This document shows, in pieces, positions 1-13,000 of a stretch of 64,000 nt of DNA; the stretch's first letter is position 1; each line of letters begins with the position of its first letter. The notes below the pieces were generated by a model that did not search any database, was not told where the DNA came from, and was given only the letters and a program-made list of their open reading frames with translations. Source of the DNA: Phoronis australis (lineage: Eukaryota; Animalia; Phoronida); assembly GCA_002633005.1 (NCBI GenBank), contig NMRA01000335.1:62001-126000 (forward strand), in the 5' to 3' direction. The position numbers and the translations under genes are program-made.

Positions 1-380
1 AAAAAGCGTGTACTTTGTGCGAAACATTGAATTTGTGCATGCAGCCAAGTTTTAATGTAATTATAAACCCGCTTTCCATCGCAACTTTTGATTTAGACTT
101 CTTAGCGGTTTCACTAAGGTTCCCCAAATTGGAGGTGAAATCAGGGCTGAGTGAGGGACGTGTTGAGACCAATTTTATGGCGGTAGGTGGTTTATATCAA
201 AACTTAGCTTGTTGGACGGAACGCGGATTATTTAGCCACTTTAGCAGTTTTAGAAACGCTTTGGATAAAATCACTCGCGGAGATTACAGTATTTAGGCTG
301 AATATAATCAAATGAGAACAGTATTTGCAAATATACATCCGTGGTGGTGATAGGTTATAAATGCACTATTCTTGATTTAG

Positions 381-1024
381 GTACTTGTAATGCAAGACAA
401 CCCCTTGTACGAACCAAGCGACAACAAGGACAGCTTACCAGTGAGAGCGCCTGTTATGATGGTAGGCTTTTTCCAAGGACGCAACGAAGTAAAAGTTGTG
501 GGTGAAATTACCAGTCCTCTTGTCATCACACATAAACTCTTTGACGGCGTACCCTCAGCTGACGCCAACAAAACTAACGGATCGCGATGCCATCCCTCCG
601 CTGATGACCCAAAGAAAATGGTTGTCCACCAATTTGTTATTCCTAAAAATTCATCGTTTCACATTAAAGTCTCTGAGTGTCTGTATGCTAATAAGGTTTC
701 AAGGAACTATAATGTCACGACCGGAAACTCCTCTACCTTCTCGTCGACAACATCTTCAGAGACAACCACTCAGCACCTCGGGCGGACCACGCCACATCCG
801 GAAGTTGAGCAAAATGATATTTTGTCAAAGTTATATGAACAATATCTCTGCTCAACGAAGTTCAGTGTGTATATCAAGCTCAACAAACGTGTGGAATATA
901 ATGACTTTGACTTTCATTGCCAGTTACCAATCAAGCCGCACAATTTGACTAAAGAAAATGATACGGACGCTCTGGTGAGGATAGATTTATGGACGTGTTT
1001 TCAATCGAATGTTGATATTCAAAG
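381..1024 (+). CDS. Gene A exon, GAIN region with Ser/Thr-rich loop
   Basis: ttag|GTA CTT GTA ATG ... AG|gtaatg; homologous to 58784-58147 (KKMxVH, YLCS, VxxKLNxRVE, DFHC, DLxTCF). Confidence 0.88.
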
Positions 1025-4000
1025 GTAATGTCATACATACCAAAAAAATCTCTTCAGAAAATGTCTACCTGCATTTTTATGCAACCACACATATATGTGT
1101 GGCCGCATATTGTCGTTATTTGCGTGCGGGCATCCGTGAGTCTGCTCGATATTTCAACTCCCTGGTCGGATTTTGATGACAAAGGGTTTAGAGCATCGCT
1201 AGAACGGTTCATACCATTTCTCAATCTGCCCTTCTCCCTAGGGTGGATGGGGGGCGTGGCGTTGTGTGTGGAGGAGCGCTCCGAATGATATCTAGAGCGG
1301 ATTTTAATGACACAAAGCAAAGGAGTGTGACATCAATGCGCCGTAAAGAACAGAAAACCAGGCGGATTCAACCACTGTAATACCTCTTAGTGTCCATTTT
1401 GTTCTCGACGCAGGGGTTTTTAAGTGTTGACATAGAAGTATATTATGAGATTGTGGCGGCAACATTTACATTTCTGCCGGATTCGACTGCTGCAGTACCT
1501 CCTTATACAAAGGTGGGTGTTATCAATGCGCCGGCACTATTAAATTCTCTGCTGGATTCGACTACCGTTGCACCCCCAGTGGCAATATTATTATCGACAA
1601 AGGGTTTTCAAATGTTGTTTTGCGGAAGAGCGTTTCCGGATGATATCTGGAGAACCGATTGGTAGATTTCATTGAGGCTTGACTCAGAGGTATATTATGA
1701 AATTATGGGGGCACCATTTGATTTTCGGGTGGATTCGACTACTGTATTGCCTCCTAGTGGCCATTTTGGGTGAGATTGTTTCCGCATGTATTGAACTGAG
1801 TGAAGGATTTCAATGAAAATTGACGTAAAGGTTTGGTGGCACCATAAACACTTTCGGGTAGATTCGACTACTGTAGAATCGTTTTTGGTTTCGACATGGG
1901 CTTTTCAAGTGTTGTTTGGAGGAAGAGCGTTACCGGATGACATATAAAGAATCAATTGGCAGATTTCATTGAAGCTTAACACAGAAGGTACATTATGAAA
2001 TTGCAACAGCACCATTTGAATTTCGAGACTATTCGACAACTCCAGTGCCTCCTAGTGACCATTTTGTGTGATAGCGTATCTAGGTGATAGTTTAAGAACC
2101 AAGCGATAGATTCCATTGAAACTTATTGCAGAAGGTGTATTATGAGATTGCGCCTGCAGCATTTGATTTTCGATCAGATTCGACAACTGCAGTGCCTCCT
2201 AGTGGCCATTTTTTGAGAGCGTTTCCGGATGATGTGTAGAGAACCGGGAAGAGTATTTCAATGGAAGTTGGCCCAGACGGTTGTAATGGCAGAGTGGAGG
2301 CACCATTAAATTTTCTAGCAGACTTGACCACTGTAGCACCTTGTGACCATTCTGTTTTCGACTGGGGCTTTTGAAGGGGAAGTGCGTTTCCGGATAACGT
2401 TAAAAGAACCGATTGACTTATTTCATTGAAACTCGACATACAGTTATGTTATGCGATTGCGCCGACATCATTTGATTTTCGGCCGGATTCGACAACTGCA
2501 GTGCTTCCTAGTGGCCATTTTGTGTGAGAGAATTTCACAGTGATGTGTAGAGATTCAAGTGAAGGTTTTCAACGACCGTTGACAAAAGTGTTTGTAATAA
2601 CAATGCGGCGGCTTCATTGAATTAGTCGGATGGATTTGACCAGTGTAGCACCTAGTGGCCATTTCGTTTTTGACATAAGCTTTGACGTGTTTTTTGGGAG
2701 AAGAGCGTTTCTGGATGACATACTGTATCTCATGTAATGTCAGTGGGCGATCACCATTAACGTTTTGCGCGGAATCGACTTAAGAAGCATCTCCAATGTT
2801 CATTTTGTTATCAAGGTACCTTCAATTGTGGTTTGGGAATGAGAAATTCTGGATAATATCTAAAAAGCGATTGACTGAAGTGAACAAAACTCGACATCAC
2901 AGATATGTGTGAAATCTATTCGCCTGACCATACGTTTTGGGGAATGATTTGTCCACTACAACAAAGTGACATTTCACGTGTTAATTAGAGAAATAGTGTT
3001 TCTGGATGGTATCTAGGGAATCGATTGATGAATTTCAATGAAACTTAGCATAGTTATCTATGATGACCATATCCCGTCACCCTTTTGTTCCCAAAAAGGG
3101 GATTTCCAAGTGTTGCTTAGGGGAATAGCATTTCCAGATTTTATCTTTAAACCTGATTGGTGGTGAAACTCAATGAAAGTTTGCTCAGTAGTACGTGAAG
3201 ACAATATGGCAGCACCATTTGATTTTCCGTCTGAGTCGACTATTACGATGCCTAGCAATGGCCCTTAAACTCATATCGTATGCGATGCAACGTGGTTGCA
3301 TGTCAACACCCCAGCGTTGTTCTTGTTCCAAATGTAAGATTACGTCATGTTTTAAATCCGTTCAACAAGTGAGTTGTAATACATCTGCTTTGATTCGGGT
3401 TATTTGACTCCCAATATTCATTTTCCTAATCTTGTCTACAGGAAATTAGCTTTGTCACCTCTCAAAGGATCTGATGGGATAACGGTTTACTTTGGTGTTG
3501 TGGTAAAGAAACCTGAAATGTCATGCGCAAATGGGACCGACACAATGCAGACAGATGGAGTTCGAGGTATGTCATCTAAATAGGCTATAAAAAGAGAAAT
3601 GATTAAAACATTGTTCACGTGTTCTGTTGTGCCATTAAGCTACTAGAAGGGATAAGATAGGTCTGTTAATACTCCTTACCCTGATAGGGATTGATTTCTG
3701 TTTCCAAGAAGGACATGGAGACGAACAGCCATTCAAGAAAACGCACAGGGATAGGCGGCTGTAACAGTAACTCGACTTACATGTACAAAAATGAAATTAA
3801 AAAAAATCGAATGATTAATTTAATTGTTTCGAAACTCATTAAGTACGTCCCAAGAAAGGAAAAGGATATTGGAGGAACATTTAGCAACCAGAAATGAATA
3901 GTTTTCAATTTCACAGTAAATCGTGCTGAAAATGTGACTGGCCAATCAAGACCTGAGATGGGTATTGAACAGGCTGATAATAGTGGCATTCCGGCTGAAT

Positions 4001-7000
4001 ACTCAATTTGCATATTAATTGTTAACCCAGTGCGTAATCAAACCTCCTTCTCTGCTTTGTTACAAACAATGTCTGCGATTAGAAGATCCAACGGATTTTG
4101 CCTGTGTGTTAGGGTGACTCTTCAGGATTTGTAACAGACGAATTTTAAAGACTAAAACCTGTGGAACACTTGACACGGAATTTCTCTTCACTGAGATGGC
4201 ATTTGACTACACAGTTGATTTTATATTAAACTGGGAAAACGTGGTCAGAACTCTGTTAGATCTTGTCAAGCAATTTTTTTCCAACAATATTTGGTAGTTT
4301 TGTAGTACCTTGGCCGTGGATTTCAAGTCAGAGTTAATGTGACATTAAAACTAGCCGCGAATTGTATTGGAAATGGACTGACTTTTGCAATGAATGAGTG
4401 CGTTTAGCGACTCGCGGTTTTGGAAGAGATTTACCCCAAATTGAAACAAGTTCTTGTGGAATTGAAATGAATATTGAGTCACGGTTTTGTGCATTAAAAT
4501 TTTGTGGAGTTTTGGCGTTGTATATTTCCTTTTGAAAACTATTGTTCTAGTTTGCGTCATTTGCGACTGGTTCATTTTTGTACCTTGCACTGACGGAGAA
4601 CTTTACTCGAAAGGTGTACCATTATTTATATTGACATTTTTACTGCTTATTCCTTTGTTGTGGTTGAGTACATTGTCGCTGTTGCGGGTTAAAGGAAGTA
4701 AACCTCCATCACCATGTAAAGGGGTCAAGGTCTATTGTCCGGGGGTTATACTAGCCAAAGGTTCGATAATCCGCGGGTTTGATTATCCAAAGGTTTGATA
4801 GTCCGACACCGAAACTCGATGTCTCTGCGTTTTGAAGTTTCTGTTGTCGGGAGATTCTGTAGTCGGTTCCATAGAATCTTTGAACTAAAGAACCTGCAGA
4901 CCATAGAGAGCTCTACGTTTTTACAATTTTTGGTGCAAAGAACTTTCGGGTTTTGAACCTTTGGATTTTAGAGTTTTTTGTATTTCCTAACATTTTTGAT
5001 TAAATAGTTCGTAAAATCGAACTTTCGGAGTTCGGGCCTAGCAACCTTCAGATCAACGAGATTCGCACCCACGCAAAGCTTTATTTACACGTTCCTTTTT
5101 ATTTACAAGGTCGTAAAAGACTTATAGGAATGCGTAATCAGGTGTTCAGACATAACTTAAAGTCGGTTGCGTTGTCGCTTTATTTCCGACCCTTTTGTTC
5201 ACCCACTACAGACGCCGGTGAAATAATTAAAACCTCATCCATGACAACTGTCACCTTTCAGGCTGTGTTGTACCATATTTATTGACTTCATTCTCGTTTA
5301 AGAAGGATACTCAGGAAATCCGAAAGAGGAGTCCTCCGCATATCAGTTCACTACCTTCTCCTCTCAGTGTAAAATCTACGATGAAGATATGGCGACATGG
5401 GTATCCACAAACGATGAAGAGGTAACACACCAACGTTCCAATGAGTTTTATAATTCTAGTTCGTATCTGTACGAGCATCCGTTCAGAGTGTAAAATAATG
5501 TAAACACCATACTTAAGGCTAAGCCTGCAATGTGTTAACCTTGATTTTGCGTTGAAGACGAAGGCAACCTTTTTCCATGTCATTTTTAGCAAAAGTAAGG
5601 TTCGTTGTTTATCCCACATATATTTTTCACTTATTTACTGCTTTTCGTAATTTAATTAATTACTCGTCGTCTACTCCGGAAGTGACGTTTTGGGAGGCAA
5701 GAATTTCGCGCCAATTCCTTTTCGTATAGTCTGACTGTGAGAGCAGTCCAGTCAGTCGTTGTTCTATTTCGGTTGTGATAAGTTCGGTCGTCGTTTGCTT
5801 TTGCTTACGAGTCATTCAACATGCCACGCTGTTGCTTCGTACTGGGGTGTGCTCATTATCGTCTCACGTACAGAGGAAGAATTGTCCCACTTGCCCGAGT
5901 GTCCCGCGACACACTCCCACTGAAGGGTGATCTGAGCACCTAAACTGCTTACATCCCGCCGTGTGACTCCATCGCCACACACCTGGCACCTTCCAAATAG
6001 CTCCAATACAAGTCCGCAATAACCTTATCGAACTTAGGCTCACCGATCTGTTCATTGGATGACGAACTGTCCTCTTCACTGGGTGTCGAACTGGGCCTGT
6101 ATTCACTCCCACTACTCAACATCGCTGCAGGGCTACTTACAGGCTCTGGGCTAGAGACAACATCACAGGGCGAATCACTGCTAGTTACCGGAATTGTACG
6201 CAATGGGGTACGTTCGGAGGCACGGGTGAAAGTAGATGAAGTGCCTCCAGTCACTGCATATAGTGGCCACAGCTCGCGAGGCTTCTCGCTTCAAAAACTC
6301 ACTTCTCGGGGTTGGCGACGGGGCACTGCCGGGAATCAACAGCGACGGTATGGTACCCTTCTTCAGGCGTTGTTTCGCAGGGACCTTCAGTGTACATATC
6401 TGTCATAATCTGACGGCAGAAAATGCTTGCCACGCACTCGGTAATCCTCCACTGCTTTGTACGTTGCGTGGACGGGTAGCGCTGCGTTCTTCACATGAAC
6501 GAGCTAGCCAAGTACGGCGAAGTGTTTCATCCTTCGGAAAGCGACGCAAGGTACCCAAAGCGCGTGTGAGACGATAATGAGTACATCCCGGCACGCAGCA
6601 ACAGCGTGGCATGTTGACTGACTTGTGAACAAAAGCAAACGACGACCGAACTTATCACAACCGAGGTAGAGCAATGACTGACTCGACAGCTCTCACAGTC
6701 GGACTATATTGAAAAGAAATTGGCGCGAAACTCTTGCCTCCCAAAACGTCACTTCCGGAGTAGAGGACGAGAAATTAATCAAATTACGAAAAGCTGTAAT
6801 TAAGTGAAAAATGTGTCTGGGATAATCAACGATCCTTATTTTTGCTCAATGTGACATGAAAAAGGTTGCTTTCGCCTTTAAGTTTTCGTATGTTACGACA
6901 GCAAAATGAATGGAAAAGTACCAAGCGCCTTTCAGCAACTGTCGGAAAGAGCAAAGGTTTACTTGAGACTCGATTGAACAATTGGCAGGTTGTATGGCAT

Positions 7001-10000
7001 CTGACTTGCATGGAGTAAACTTTTCAACTTTTTTATTAATCAATTTGTGTGAGAAACGTCTGTTAACATTTGAAAAGTGCACATTTTACCAGAACGGTAG
7101 AGTAGGCGAGTAACTTGCTCTGTATAACATTTTCATTCTACTTAGTTTAATTTTAAGGTTGGTCCGCTGTCTAATCAGACGCACGTCCAGTGCAACTACT
7201 ATCGGCTGTCTGTACCAACAAGTAGTGAACCAACAAAACGAAGGAGAAGAGAAAACAGCGAGAAAACCGTCGATAAAAACATGATACCTCCTCCACTCCA
7301 AGCTAGACCAACCACCTTTGGCTGTGGGTTTTCGGTTCCAGTAAACACTATCAATCCATCCGACTCTGCTTTTTTAAAACTCGACTCCAATCCAGTTATC
7401 TTTGCTGTTATGGTCGCCATCATCTGCATATATCTGGTGATCGTGATATGGGCGAAAAGAGCCGATAAAGATGATGCATTGAAGGTAGGTAGGAAATTAA
7501 CGTTTTCAGGTCACGAATCACTCATTTCTAACAATATTGAAGTTAAACAACATAGTTTCGGCATAAATCCTGTCTTAACATCTTCTTTGTCAAATTTAGA
7601 AGTGAAGCCGTACTTGGGAAGAACTGAATATGTGTTAACACAGTTAATTTACAGGATTTATTCGAACGAGTTGGCCTTCGTAATTCACCAAAAGTATGCA
7701 CAAAAACGACATCTGTGTTTTAACAGCCAACTCGTTAGGCGACATGTTATTCCATGGTACTAGAATTAAAGCAATGTGGACATTGATGTCACGTGACCTT
7801 ACCTGATACGTCAATATGAGGTACTCTAACTTTCATAAAAAAATTCGGTTTGAAACAAGACACCTCAGATGTGACAATATGGCGAGATGACTAATGGACT
7901 TCTGGTTTTACGCCAGATCCCGTTTTGTTGTGGTAAATCTTCTTCTCAGAGGAACGGTGACGTAGGACGGACTTCGAGGAAGTGCACACAAATAGACTCA
8001 CGGTGGTAACCTGGTTAGGTCTTGGTGGGCATGAAAAACTCTGACTGTTTGACATGTTCAAAATTTGCCAGCGAGGACATACACAAGTTTCAGTACTAAC
8101 GCTTTACGTTTGACACAGCACTGGGGTCTTCGTCCTATTGCATGTTGCCAGCGTACGACAGCGTTCTTCAACTGAGCCAAACACAATTTCGTTACCGTAG
8201 CAAGGCATAAAGTTCTTTTAAGTCGTGGCTTTTCTTGTATAGATGCAACCCTGGCTCTAACTCAGATGGACTGAAGCACCAGCAGTGACCCCATCGCTAG
8301 CAACTACAAAAATAGTAAAACTATTTTAGTCCTGGCGGGGGTCGAAGTATAGTTTTGTCAGCAAAATAACTTGGAGCATCCTGATAACCGTTTCCGTCTT
8401 TCCACAGCAGTTATTGTTGTTTCAGGATATATCCTGATTGGTGGCTCTGGCATGTCTTAAGACAGGGGCAAGCGCATTTTTGGAAGAAAAATCCCATTCA
8501 AATGCCATACCAACGGACAGTAATCGGGAGGAGGGCCCGTTACTCACCTAAGTCCGCCTATTTATCTAATTGATTAATTTGTGGAACATCTAAAAACTTA
8601 ACAAGGCAACTGGAAATCGCGCACAATCGATAACATAAGAGAATAATTTATAGCGAATATACCAAAACGTCGATCAATCTGTTGTTAATATATACGCTAA
8701 TTTTAAAGTTCGTAATCATATTTTGGCCAAAAACGAATGCGATCAATCGATGACACCTGGAAGGATTTTCATGATGCAAGAGCAGAAACGTGGCACGATG
8801 GTGCGATAGTAGAGTGTAACATACGTAGCGTGTTGCCATTGGGTGAGTTTGTTATGCGGTGACTGGGTTCTGAACACCTACATGACGTCAAATTAAACAC
8901 TTGTAACCGTGTGGGATGCAGAATAAGTGAACGTAAATGTTGGGGGCAACGCAACGTATTTTTATGCCGCGCACTGTTTCAACATGCCCTCATCGTGAAC
9001 TCCGGGGGCACTGCAATAGATTCCGCTTTAACTGGAGCAGTGTAGACGTGTGGGAAATTTTATACGTTAGAGTCAGTATGTTAACGGATTTCAATCCTCT
9101 TTTTTCAAAAATTCAGTTACAACTAAGACGACAATAATTTTACTTTCACCAGATTTAAAATGTTGTAACAACGGAAGGGAGCTTGTTGTAACATCTTTTT
9201 GTAGGTTGGAACCACCTTCCTTGCTGATAACGACCCCTCCGATAGGTATATGTACGAACTTACAGTTTACACTGGCTCCAAGGCTCATTCAGGAACTACA
9301 TCAAAGGTGTCGATGGTTATTAGCGGACTTATAGACGAAACTCCCCCCAGACTGATATGTGATGATACTCGACCTATACTACAAAGGGGAGACATCAATT
9401 CATTTATAATGGCTGTCCCATCATGTCTTGGAACTCTTACACATTTACGGTATTGATTTATGCGATCTTTTTGAAATAACGATAAATAGTTCAATTTTAT
9501 ACATTACCGTCTACTACTATTTTGATAAACGTGTTGTGGAGAAAATGTCTTTCAATTCCAACCCTCTGGAAAGCTATGATTGAATTCGCTGTTAAGCGAA
9601 ATTAAACATTGTGAGAAGTAAACTTGAGGTACGTGTCATATAGCGTTACTTTAAGATTTGATGAGGACGAAACATTGTTTTATAGAATTCCAGTTAGAGC
9701 ACTAGTCAATCTATAGCGAATTTTACTCATGCTAGAATCAGCTGGAATTTCTTTTTAGAGTGTGGCATGACAATTCAGGCAGGGATCCGTCGTGGTTCTT
9801 CAGTCGTTTAGTCATTGAGGATCTGCAAAATGGTCAAAAATACTTCTTCATTGCGGAAAAATGGCTTGCAATCGAAGAAGATGGAATGGTTAGTGTGTTT
9901 AAAATTAGTTGATGAATTTTAAACAAGAAGCCGTGGATAAACGTATTTTTGGAGGAAAATACCACAAAGGAAACTCAGTTGAATCGCTGGAAATTGTCAA

Positions 10001-13000
10001 TAAAATAATAACAACTTTTGGTCATGATATAAATAGAAATGATTCACGATTGCATGTACATTCTGTTTAATTGTTCGTCAGTGACTTTAAAACCAATAAA
10101 TGGTTCAAAACAATACTATAGTAAGCCTACGTCACCCCGATGTCCAACTGGTAAGAATCACACAATCGCGCCAAGAACTCGGATAGAGATGTTTTACTAT
10201 AGCATTCTTGTTTCAAGAGAGTTGAGCATTTTATTTGTTAATCAGCAGTGTTTGTTTCGTGTGAAGACTCAGTGATAAAGTTATAAACTTGATTGTATCT
10301 CATCATTCAATTAGGCAATACTCTAATGGGTTGACAAGGTGTGACTACCGATATCGCTTGAAATCAAACACAGTCACTACAACCAACTAATCAACTGGAA
10401 TATTTGCAATTAATTATAACGCTAGTCACAGTGCATGTATATGCTAACAATTTTAATGCTATTTTAAAATGAAGTCGCCAAGATGTTGCTTGCAATGAAA
10501 AAAATTTCAGATTGACAGAATCGTACCTCTGGCTGGTGGAGACGAATTGACTGAGTTCAACCATTTGTTCTGGACAAAGGCAAGAAAAGACCTCTTTGAC
10601 GGGCACCTGTGGTTTTCTGTTGCCACCCGACCACCACGCAGCTCGTTCACCCGCGTGCAGCGTCTCACGTGCTGCGTCTCATTGTTGTTCAGTGCCATGT
10701 TGGCGAATATCCTGTTCTACGGCACCGACGACGGGGCTGCCCCTGCCTCCTCGTTCACTTTCGGTCCGATTACTTTCACTGTACCAGAGATTCTTACTGG
10801 TATATACAGTAGTCTGATTGTTTTTCCCATAAATCTCATAATAGCTCAGATATTCAGGTATTCAAAACCGCCAAAAACAAAAGCGGAGAAGTTAAGAGAA
10901 GATCTCATTGAGAAAAGACTTAAAGGACCAAACGAGAAAAGAACCATAAAAGAACTCGAACACGCTCGTAACATGCTTGATTATCCAATGCGATATTATG
11001 ACGATTCTGAATTTTACAACTTATCTGTTGTCGACGACTCTTTGTCTGTATCCACGGAACAGTCGGGTTCTATAACAGTGAAACGTAATGATAAAAAGAA
11101 GAAATTTCGTCTACCATATTTTGGCAACTATATCGCATACTTTTTGTGTCTCGCCACTTGTGCCGCTGCTTTCTACTACACCGTAGAGGTAGGAGGTGTA
11201 TTTGGTGCTGCAAAATCCAATAAATGGATGATGTCTTTTGTCGTCTCCTGTATTCAAGACATTCTGCTGTCACAACCAATAAAGGTAGGCTTAACTATCA
11301 AAACGTCCTTTCTACGCCAATTTGTAGGAACTCCAGCTCACGTTTTAGCAATAAAGGGAATGGTGGTATTTTTTTAGGAAATATAGACATCGTTATATTT
11401 TCATAAAAGTTAATTTTGTTTAATATTCTATTATTTATGTTATCGGCAAATAGACTGCAAGCATCACAAATTTCGGAATTGAGCTTTTTGTTGTGTTATC
11501 TCAAGGTTCTTCTTATGGCTATCTTCTACGCGCTTGTTATAAAGTCACCCGTTGTCGACGACGATATGGACACAGATCCTTACCCAAAGATTCAGCAGAA
11601 ATACGGAGAAACAAACCTATGGAAGCGAAAGTATGCCCAATACCAAAACATGCCTCAGGTAGTTGACAAGGAATTGGTGAAAAAAGCCAAAGAGAACAAG
11701 TAAGCAACACATTGCATGTAAGCATGTACCGCTACAATGTGCTGTGCTCGACAGAGGAGTGATTTGGTAACATAGTTTGTCGCGTGTTTGGTTGCATGCT
11801 GTTTTGAAGTGGTTCTTGCCTTAATGGTCTTTTTGGCATACCTAGACTAGAAGCATGTCTGTAGACACGGATTTTAGGTAGAAACATCTAGAAACATAAT
11901 GTGTCCAACATTTTGCAACGTGTGTGTCATTTACTAAAGATGCATCTATTCACGAAGTCAGTTAGCAACACTTTTCTTTATGTCTGTGTTTTCGACACAA
12001 ATCCGCACTTGGTAGCGCCGGTTTTCAATTCATGAGCAAATTAATGATGACAGTTTGCAGACGCGACCATCTAGTACAAGTACCTGCTAAATGTCACATT
12101 GACAGTAACATAAAAGCAATTTGCATACACATAAGATTAATGGGGCAAGCCTAAACTACATTTAAACATGTGCTGTCCTTTTTGAATTTTAATTGGCGTT
12201 ATTGAATAAGGAATTTCTATTGTTTGGGAAGCCATTTTTGTAAGAGATATGCATGAAACAGAATTTGTTCATATTATTATCCTTATATGTCTCGTAGCAG
12301 CAGGTGCAGAGCAATATATGCAGGTTCCTCCAATAACTTTAAATGTCATTTTGGTCCTTGTACGGTAGTTGGTTCAAATCAGCTCATTTTATGACTTCTT
12401 TTTCCTTTTGAACATATAGGGCGAAAGAAGCTGAAATGAACAGAGTCATATTCGAAATTGTTCGATACGTGATTTTTCTGTATCTACTGATGATGGTTGG
12501 CTATGGAAACAAGGATCCGTGGGGTTACCAGTTAAGACAAACAGTCGCTGTGGCGTTTGAGGATGGCCATTACGGTGAAACCGATTTTGGCTCGGTAAGG
12601 TTGCAAGGTCAACATAGAGTTTGTTGTGACAGTAACATTTGTTATCTCTATTAATTTATAGTTTTAATACTTTATTGTATTATAATGCATATTACTGTAT
12701 CCTGTTGTCGAGGGCCCTCTTGGAAAGAGTGGTGATACTGACGAGGCCACCCTCATTTTAAATATAACATAAATAAAGAAATAGCATCAACAAAAATTGT
12801 GTCCAGTCGTTCCCAAAGCGATGAGTTATTTCGCTTTTTATGTTATTGATGCAGTGGACTATCCTTTCATTGCTATCGAGAACCAATAAGAGGGCTACCT
12901 CATCATCGGTATCGATACTGGGGTGGTTAGGAACTGTACAGGAATGTTAGTGACTTTTGCGAACAGGCGGGTGGGGTAAACACGAGCACTTTTCGCAGGC

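Noticed and set aside
5211-5285. Alternative candidate for the GPS-start exon of gene A
   Set aside because: Runs into a stop with no donor and has no similarity to gene B; 5303-5421 fits instead.
6403-6612. Independent THAP-domain host gene
   Set aside because: Frameshifted, truncated and inside a transposon foldback.
11180-11284. Near-identical A/B protein segment (YYTVEVGGVFGAAKSNKWM) as recent gene conversion or a haplotype artefact
   Set aside because: Synonymous positions differ widely and the introns are unrelated, which fits purifying selection on old paralogs.
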